Below are positions 18,236 to 23,877 of a stretch of DNA of 23,877 nt, in pieces. The position numbers were made by a program, and so were the translations under genes. Each line of letters opens with the position of its first letter. Position 1 is the stretch's first letter. Under the pieces are notes generated by a model that was not told the DNA's origin, did no database searches, and saw only the letters and a program-made list of their open reading frames with translations. The DNA is from Abditibacteriaceae bacterium. Lineage in GTDB: Bacteria; Armatimonadota; Abditibacteriia; Abditibacteriales; Abditibacteriaceae. The stretch lies in assembly GCA_031425655.1 (NCBI GenBank), contig JANPJS010000161.1, positions 1-23,877 on the forward strand, written 5' to 3'.

Positions 18236-18453
18236 GAAACTGTCTGAGAATAGCTATCAATCCTGAGTTGAGCCGCTTTCAATAGGACGCGGAGCTTCGC
18301 TTCGCAGATTTCATGCGCGGATTTTCGCTGATTTCTTTCGGTAAAACCGCGCCTTCAAAGCCGTTTCGGGCGCCCTCTGGGCAGGAAAGCGAAGCTCCGC
18401 GTCCTATTGAAAAGTCTTCGGTTTGAGGCTATGACGAATTCTCAGACAGCTTC
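18236..18453. mobile_element. MITE (218 bp), copy 1, with 16-bp TIRs, apparent 3-bp TGA target duplication and an internal REP doublet
   Basis: tga|gaaactgtctgagaat...attctcagacagcttc|tga. Perfect inner 26-bp IR tttcaataggacgcggagcttcgctt at 18277-18302 / 18387-18412. A second copy lies at 23337-23543. Confidence 0.85.
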
Positions 18454-18464
18454 TGAGCCTATCT

Positions 18465-18857
18465 ATGAAACCGCATTATCACATCGCCATCGTGCTACTC
18501 TGGCGCGATAACGAAATTTTAGCAACAAAACGCCGCGCCGACGCCGATCATCTGCCGAATCTATGGGAATTCCCCGGCGGCAAATGCGCGCCCGGTGAAG
18601 CGCCCGAAGCCACCGCCATGCGCGAAGCGCGCGAGGAATTGGGTGTCGAAATCGAGATCACGGGCATCCGCGCGCTATTGGAATTCGATTACCCGGCGCG
18701 GCGCGTAACTTTGCATCCTTTCGACGCGCGCATCATCGAAGGCGAAGCGCAACCGCTGCAAGCCGCCGCGTTGCGCTGGCTGAAAATAGACGAGTTGCGC
18801 GACGCCGATTTCCCGCCCGCCAACGCGCCGCTGCTGGCCGCGTTGCGCTCGGAGTAA
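18465..18857 (+). CDS. mutT: NUDIX hydrolase, 8-oxo-dGTP diphosphatase MutT-like
   Basis: WEFPGGK...E...AMREAREELG Nudix box and C-terminal FPPAN, 130 aa. Confidence 0.88.
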   Translation: MKPHYHIAIVLLWRDNEILATKRRADADHLPNLWEFPGGKCAPGEAPEATAMREAREELGVEIEITGIRALLEFDYPARRVTLHPFDARIIEGEAQPLQAAALRWLKIDELRDADFPPANAPLLAALRSE

Positions 18858-18866
18858 ATTTGCTCA

Positions 18867-20453
18867 TTATGGCGCACATTCGGCCCAATCCCAACCGTCC
18901 ATCTGATTTACGTCGAACGAAAATTTGGCGACGTTTGAAATCGCTCCCGTTTGTAAATCGAGGGCGAGCAGTAGGTCTACTTCGTTATTATTTCTTCCTT
19001 CCTCGTTAGCGTTTAAGCTCTTCCTGATGAGAAATGCCGTGCGGTTGTCTTTCAAAATAGAGTGGAAGGCGAAAGGCTTCCACCAGTGGCGACGAAATCC
19101 CTCAAATTTCATCTCTTGGAGAAGATGTGTGGCCGGCGCTTGGCCCGGCGCTTTGGGCAGGTCTATCGTCTGAATTTTAGTTGAGTAGGTGTGGTATAAA
19201 TGCGTGCCGTCATTCGCCTGAAAGGTTTCTTCAAAGAAAAGCGCGGCTGCCAACGCATGACTATCGGGAGTCCACGCCAACGATACATCGCGCAGCGAAG
19301 TTTGATCGCCGACTCCAATTTTTACACCGCTCACGAGCGTAATACTTTTTGTTTCTGTGTTGAAGAGATAGAGACTGAGCGGCAACGCCTGAGCCTGCTT
19401 TTCAGGTTGTGTGGCTTTAGTCTGCGAAATGCGTTTTTGCGATGTGGGCAATTGGCGCGGCCAGCCGATAAAGGCAATCCACTTTCCATCAGGCGAGGGA
19501 TGCGGCGCAAAAGCATCGTCAATTAATTTGGTGGACTTGCGAGTTTGAATATTGATTTTATAAACAGCCGAATGCGGAAATTCCGGCTCCCAATTCTGCG
19601 GAGAATACTTCGGCTGCGGACTGCGAGTTCTGTCTGTTTTTGAATAGAGAATCTCGTCCTTATTAAACCAACTGAACTGTTTAAGGCTGCGGTAGGTGTA
19701 AACGCCTTGTGAAACAGTCACCTCATCTACGATTAATTTTTGGTTTTGGGTAACATCGAAGACTCTTAAGCCCAACTCGTCAATGTCTTTGTTAAATTCG
19801 CCTCCAAAGAGATAAGCAATCTTTTCCCCATCAGGCGACCACCGATAATCCGAATGGACGGCACTACTGAGTTCGTCGCTGGCAACTTTAATAACCCTCT
19901 TGCCGAAGATGTCCCAAACCATGATGTTGAATTTGCTGTAAGGGTCTTTGCGGCCCTCGTCGTAAGAGATGTATCGTCCATTGGGCGAAAATTTCGGATT
20001 GGTGATTTCGCCGCGAGTAGGGTAACCCGCCACATCCATTCGTTGTCCGTTGAAGGTTCCTTCGGCTCCTAACGCGCGAAACGTGAACCGCGAGAGCGCA
20101 TAAACGAAGACGCCTTTGTAATTACGGGCCGGCACTGAAGGCATGAGCAACTGAAACGGGTCTAATTGCACGTTGGAGCCGGTGTCGGGCTTCGACGAAA
20201 CTGACTCAGGATTCTCATAAGGCCGCGCTATAGAGAAAAGCTCACCCTTCACAGCACTTCGTGGCACTTCGGGCCAGATAAACGGGCAACGCAAAAGCGA
20301 TTCTATGGGCGTTATGACGGTCGCTGTCGCTGGTGGAGCCGCATCGGAACGCGCCGACGCAACGCAACTCGCGCACGCCGCAAAAATAGCGGCGAATAAA
20401 CGAGAATTCCGATTGTCATTTTGCCGTTTTTTGCCTGTCAAGTTGGCTTTCAT
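18867..20453 (-). CDS. Secreted TolB-like beta-propeller protein (PD40 repeats)
   Basis: Repeats PKFSPNGRYI, WSPDGEKIAY, PSPDGKWIAF, WTPDSHAL and a signal-peptide-like N-terminus. Confidence 0.8.
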   Translation of the reverse strand: MKANLTGKKRQNDNRNSRLFAAIFAACASCVASARSDAAPPATATVITPIESLLRCPFIWPEVPRSAVKGELFSIARPYENPESVSSKPDTGSNVQLDPFQLLMPSVPARNYKGVFVYALSRFTFRALGAEGTFNGQRMDVAGYPTRGEITNPKFSPNGRYISYDEGRKDPYSKFNIMVWDIFGKRVIKVASDELSSAVHSDYRWSPDGEKIAYLFGGEFNKDIDELGLRVFDVTQNQKLIVDEVTVSQGVYTYRSLKQFSWFNKDEILYSKTDRTRSPQPKYSPQNWEPEFPHSAVYKINIQTRKSTKLIDDAFAPHPSPDGKWIAFIGWPRQLPTSQKRISQTKATQPEKQAQALPLSLYLFNTETKSITLVSGVKIGVGDQTSLRDVSLAWTPDSHALAAALFFEETFQANDGTHLYHTYSTKIQTIDLPKAPGQAPATHLLQEMKFEGFRRHWWKPFAFHSILKDNRTAFLIRKSLNANEEGRNNNEVDLLLALDLQTGAISNVAKFSFDVNQMDGWDWAECAP

Positions 20454-20496
20454 CCTTCCGCCTTCATCCCTCCGCCTTCATCCCTCCGCCCTCATC
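20449..20496. repeat. 14-bp (2x7) tandem repeat, ~3.4 copies
   Basis: ttcatccttccgcc ttcatccctccgcc ttcatccctccgcc ctcatc. Confidence 0.85.
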
Positions 20497-22408
20497 GCGT
20501 GCGCAGCCAGATTTGCATCCGGCCCGGCGCGCGGTTGGCCCAAGCGTAATAAGGAATGGCGGTCACTTCCAGCGATTGCGACGGCTGCTTTTTCGGGCGT
20601 TTTTCCGCCGTAAAATAAAGCAACTCGTCGTATTGGCTGCGGAGCGGCGTGGCTTCGGCCTGTGCAATTAGGGCCGTCACGCCGCCGAGCAAATTCGGGC
20701 GATCTTCCGTCCAAATTCGCGCACGGGCCGGTAGCACCAAATCACGCAAATCGGAGCCGGGATTGTCGGTTGCTTCGAGACAATAGAGCAGCGGGCCGCG
20801 CATGAGCGCCACGCGGTCGCGGTTCTCGGTTGCATACGGATGGCATTCGACGCGGCGCACCGGCATCGAAAACGACACCTCCACTTTATCGCCGGCCTGC
20901 CACTGGCGGCGAATGGCGATGTAATTGGCGCCGCCGCTTTTGGGCGTCGAAATATCCGAGGGCGTGGCGTTGACTTTCGGTTTGCTGAAGCTCTGGCACC
21001 ACAACGGCGCCCGCAAAAACAAAGTCCATTCGCCCGGCGCGATGTCGCCTTCAACGGCGGTGATTTCGATTTCAATGTCGCCGTCCCACGGATAATTGGT
21101 GCGCTGTTTCATCTCGACGAAGCCGCCGCCAAAAGCGATGCGCGCTGTGCCAGAAGCGTAAAAATGCGTCCAGATTCCTTCGTCCGAAGTCGAATAAAAA
21201 TAGCCGGGCAACTGTGAAAGCAGCCGCGCGATATTGGGCGGGCAGCAGGCGCAGCCAAACCACGGTTCGCGCCGGTGCGTGCCGTCGTTGCAGAGTGGGT
21301 TTTGGTAAAAGTAGCTTTCTCCATCCAGCGAAATGCCCGACATCACGCCGTTGTAGAGCGCCAATTCCATGATGTCGGCGAAGCGCGCATCGGCGTCGAG
21401 TTGCAGCATTCGCCAGTTCCACATCAGGCTGCCGATGGCGGCGCAAGTTTCGGTATAAGCGCGCTCGTTGGGCAATTCAAAATCGTGCCCGAATGCCTCG
21501 CCTTCGTAGCGTGAGCCGATGCCGCCCGAAACATACATCTGGCGAAAAACCATGTTGTGCCACAAGCGTTCCAGCGCGGCGCGCATTGCGCCGTCGCCGC
21601 TTTCCGCGACATCATCGGCGGCGCCCGCGCACAGATAAGCATGGCGCACGGCGTGGCCGGTCATGCGCGATTGCTCGCGGAGCAGCTCGTGATCCTGATG
21701 ATAAGCGCCGCCGCCAATCGTGCCGCGCCCACGCACGTCTAAAAAGAAATGCGCCTGGTCTAAATAGCTTTTTTCGCCCGTCGCACGATAAAGCTCGACG
21801 AGCGCCATTTCGATTTCTTCGTGGCCGTCGGTTTGTTCGCGTTTGCCTTCGCTTTTCGGCCCGAAGGTGTTGATAATGCAATCGGCCAGGCGCCGCGTTA
21901 CGTCCAGCAACTTTTCGCTGCCCGTGGCGCGGTAATGCGCGATGGCGGCCTGAATCAGGTGCCCGGCGCAATACAACTCGTGCATATCTTTCAGGTTGCT
22001 CCAACGTTCCCCGGCGCGTTCGAGCATGAAATACGTGTTCAAATAGCCGTCGGGTTGCTGCGCTTTTGTGATGAGTTCGATGGCTTCATCAATCATCGCC
22101 TGCAAAGCCGGATTGGCATCACAGGCCAGTTCCCACGAGGCGGCTTCGAGCCATTTATAGACGTCGCTGTCGTTGAAATAAATGCCCTCGAAAGGCACGT
22201 CAAGCGTTCCCGCCGCGCGCCGAAAATTGTTCAAACGTCCCGTCGTTTCAAGGTGTTTATATTGCGATGGCAGCGTGGTTTCGCGGTTGATGCGACGGCG
22301 CGGCTCCCAGAAATTGTCTTCGAGACGGACGGCGTCCATCGGCACAGGACGCAGGCGTGCGTGCGGGCTGCGCGTGGTATCCACAATGACGGCGGCAGGT
22401 TTGGGCAT
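20492..22408 (-). CDS. Glycoside hydrolase family 127 (beta-L-arabinofuranosidase HypBA1-like)
   Basis: FNDSDVYKWLEA, HELYCAGH, GHEE, GHAVR, YTETCA, CACCPPN and C-terminal IPYYAWANR. No signal peptide. Confidence 0.93.
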   Translation of the reverse strand: MPKPAAVIVDTTRSPHARLRPVPMDAVRLEDNFWEPRRRINRETTLPSQYKHLETTGRLNNFRRAAGTLDVPFEGIYFNDSDVYKWLEAASWELACDANPALQAMIDEAIELITKAQQPDGYLNTYFMLERAGERWSNLKDMHELYCAGHLIQAAIAHYRATGSEKLLDVTRRLADCIINTFGPKSEGKREQTDGHEEIEMALVELYRATGEKSYLDQAHFFLDVRGRGTIGGGAYHQDHELLREQSRMTGHAVRHAYLCAGAADDVAESGDGAMRAALERLWHNMVFRQMYVSGGIGSRYEGEAFGHDFELPNERAYTETCAAIGSLMWNWRMLQLDADARFADIMELALYNGVMSGISLDGESYFYQNPLCNDGTHRREPWFGCACCPPNIARLLSQLPGYFYSTSDEGIWTHFYASGTARIAFGGGFVEMKQRTNYPWDGDIEIEITAVEGDIAPGEWTLFLRAPLWCQSFSKPKVNATPSDISTPKSGGANYIAIRRQWQAGDKVEVSFSMPVRRVECHPYATENRDRVALMRGPLLYCLEATDNPGSDLRDLVLPARARIWTEDRPNLLGGVTALIAQAEATPLRSQYDELLYFTAEKRPKKQPSQSLEVTAIPYYAWANRAPGRMQIWLRTR

Positions 22409-22477
22409 GATTTTTCTCCGAAAGCGTTCGGGGCCAGTTTAACCTAACCCCGGCTTCTTCCTGACGCGACGGATGAT

Positions 22478-22555
22478 GCCCTCAGGGCTTTGAGTGTGGC
22501 AGACGGAGGTTTGAAACCTCCGGCATCCGGCTTTGCCAAGTGTCCATGCGGACAC
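22478..22555. repeat. Cluster of short REP-like palindromes
   Basis: gccctcagggc, cggaggtttgaaacctccg (22504-22522) and gtgtccatgcggacac (22540-22555). The layout resembles 23632-23686. Confidence 0.55.
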
Positions 22556-22805
22556 AGCCGTGCGTCTATTGATGATGGCGAACGCCACCGCCAGTGCTTC
22601 TGCCAGCAGCGTAACGTTGGATTTCACCGGCGAAGTGCCCGAAGGCGACTTCGCGGTCACCGTGAACGGCGTGGCAACGCCCATTCAAAGCGTCGAACGC
22701 GATAATTACAGCGTCACGCTTTTGCTTCCCGACGGCGTGATGCCAATTGGCGATGCCGTGCGCGTAACTTGGAACGGCGGCGCGATGCAAATCGCTGCCG
22801 AATAA
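22533..22805 (+). pseudogene. Small beta-rich (Ig-like) ORF, probably an orphaned C-terminal domain of a secreted protein
   Basis: ATASASASSVTLDFTG...FAVTVNG...SVTLLLPDG...GDAVRVTW has protein-like composition. There is no RBS or signal peptide, the 5' end lies in repeat DNA, and a strong terminator follows. Confidence 0.5.
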
Positions 22806-22822
22806 GATTTGCCGCCAAACGC

Positions 22823-22864
22823 GCAACAGGTCGGCGTGAAATTCACGCCGACCTGTTGCTTTTT
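22823..22864 (+). terminator. Intrinsic terminator hairpin between convergent ORFs
   Basis: gcaacaggtcggcgtgaa-a-ttcacgccgacctgttgc followed by ttttt. Confidence 0.85.
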
Positions 22865-22883
22865 ATTACTAACGGGCCAGCCG

Positions 22884-23246
22884 TCAGCTTTTGGGTTTTT
22901 GGGGTTTCGGCATTAAGGCTTTGTAGCCGCCGCCGTTGTCTTTGTTGAAGACCGTGACGATCTTATAGAGAGACGTTTTGCCGGAGTCGTAGACTACCGC
23001 AGCGCTTTTGGTTGCTGTGTTCGCTTTGGCGCTTTTGACGCCTGCGATTTTGGTCAGAGCCGCTTCCACACGGGGAGCGCAGCCAGTCGGTCAGTGCATG
23101 CCCTCGACCGTAAGAAGAACGTTCTTGACGTTCTTTTGTGTAGCGGACGAAGCCGGTGTGCTGCCGCTTTGCGCCGGCCTATTCAAGCCGGCGATGGCGA
23201 TAGCTGCTGTTGCCAGCAAAAGACCGCCGATGTGCATCGTTTTCAT
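22884..23246 (-). CDS. Secreted heavy-metal-associated (HMA; MerP/CopZ-like) protein with in-frame TGA at codon 52, candidate selenoprotein (120 aa)
   Basis: AAGGAGG RBS (23251-23257) and ATG at 23246. Translation: MKTMHIGGLLLATAAIAIAGLNRPAQSGSTPASSATQKNVKNVLLTVEGMH[TGA]PTGCAPRVEAALTKIAGVKSAKANTATKSAAVVYDSGKTSLYKIVTVFNKDNGGGYKALMPKPQKPKS*. The TGA (23091-23093) replaces the first Cys of the GMxC..C motif. Confidence 0.85.
23058..23084 (-). promoter_or_regulatory. Putative bacterial SECIS hairpin
   Basis: mRNA GGC-UG-CGCU-CC-CC-GUGU-GG-A-AGCG-GCU starts 6 nt after UGA. The apical loop starts with G, 19 nt after UGA. Folded by eye. Confidence 0.55.
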
Positions 23247-23336
23247 GTTTCCTCCTTAGACTTTGCGAATGCCGCGTCTCGCGGCTATCTTCAGGTTACC
23301 AGAGCGCGCTTTGCGTGCCTAATTCGGCACATCCAA

Positions 23337-23543
23337 GACGTCGTCTGAGAATAATCCTGAGTTGAACCGCTTTTCAATAGGACGCGGAGCTTCGCTTTCC
23401 TGCCCAGAGGGCGCCCGAAACGGCTTTGAAGGCGCGGTTTTACCGAAAAAATCAGCGAGAATCCGCGCACAACATCCGCGAAGCGAAGCTCCTCGTCCTA
23501 TTGAAAAGTCTTTGGCGTTAAGATGTGATGAATTCTCAAACAG
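23337..23543. mobile_element. MITE copy 2 (same family as 18236-18453), with degenerate termini and core in the opposite orientation
   Basis: Same-orientation flanks (gtctgagaat..aatcctgagttga.ccgc / aaagtctt..gaattctca.acag). Inner IR at 23372-23397 / 23481-23506. Confidence 0.85.
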
Positions 23544-23868
23544 TAGTCTGAAAAGTCAGGGGCGGGGCAAAGCAAAATGGTTTGTCATTCTGAGCTTGCG
23601 AAGAATCTATTAACCCAAGTTGCTACCTATGGCCCGGCGATTGAAATCGCGGGCAACCAAACAGCGAAGTCCGCCTTCGCGGACTAAAAACAAAGATTTT
23701 AGTCGCCGTAGGGCGACTTTGCCGCTGGGTTGCCGCGAATTTATTCGCCAGGCTTGATGGGTAGCAACTTGGGTTATTACGATTTTCAATTGAGAGTAGA
23801 TTCTTCGCAAGCTCAGAATGACAAAGCTCTGACTTTTTGGCTCGATTCCGTCTTTCGAGACTGATTCT
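23544..23868. repeat. Nested (Russian-doll) palindromic repeat array
   Basis: A perfect 29-bp IR (23581-23609 / 23797-23825) encloses a perfect 17-bp IR (23611-23627 / 23760-23776), which encloses four hairpins (23632-23753). Outer aaaagtcag/ctgactttt. Confidence 0.85.
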
Positions 23869-23877
23869 AAAAGACGC

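Noticed and set aside
22884..23069. 61-aa ORF as a complete gene
   Set aside because: It lacks an RBS and the metal-binding motif. It is the C-terminal half of the UGA-interrupted HMA gene.
23337..23868. CRISPR array, or small ORFs 23362-23613 and 23610-23810
   Set aside because: The repeats are inverted and nested rather than regularly spaced direct repeats, and there are no cas genes. The ORFs are translations of repeat DNA.

Overview
GC-rich bacterial chromosomal window. The gene style and secreted-protein domains suggest an Armatimonadota/Abditibacteriota-like organism, but this is inference only. Contents in order: (i) a large secreted adhesin-like gene on the minus strand that the ORF track missed (start 3426, runs off the left edge, ~3.4 tandem 630-bp repeats, then Calx-beta); (ii) a ~960-bp intergenic region with a candidate structured sRNA; (iii) a membrane/zinc-ribbon protein; (iv) a secreted discoidin + heparinase II/III/PL17-like lyase; (v) a small coiled-coil ORF; (vi) an HrpA/HrpB-like DExH helicase with an apparently rearranged RecA1 domain; (vii) an orphan GAF/PAS hybrid histidine kinase; (viii) a rhomboid-TPR protease, MutT, a TolB-like propeller and a GH127 glycosidase; (ix) an orphan beta-rich fragment; and (x) a secreted HMA (MerP/CopZ-like) gene, truncated by the ORF track, with an in-frame TGA at the first metal-binding Cys (GMH-U-PTG-C) followed by a SECIS-like hairpin, so a candidate selenoprotein. 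The intergenic spaces hold several nested MITE/REP families. One ~210-bp element occurs twice, with its core in opposite orientations relative to the same flanks.
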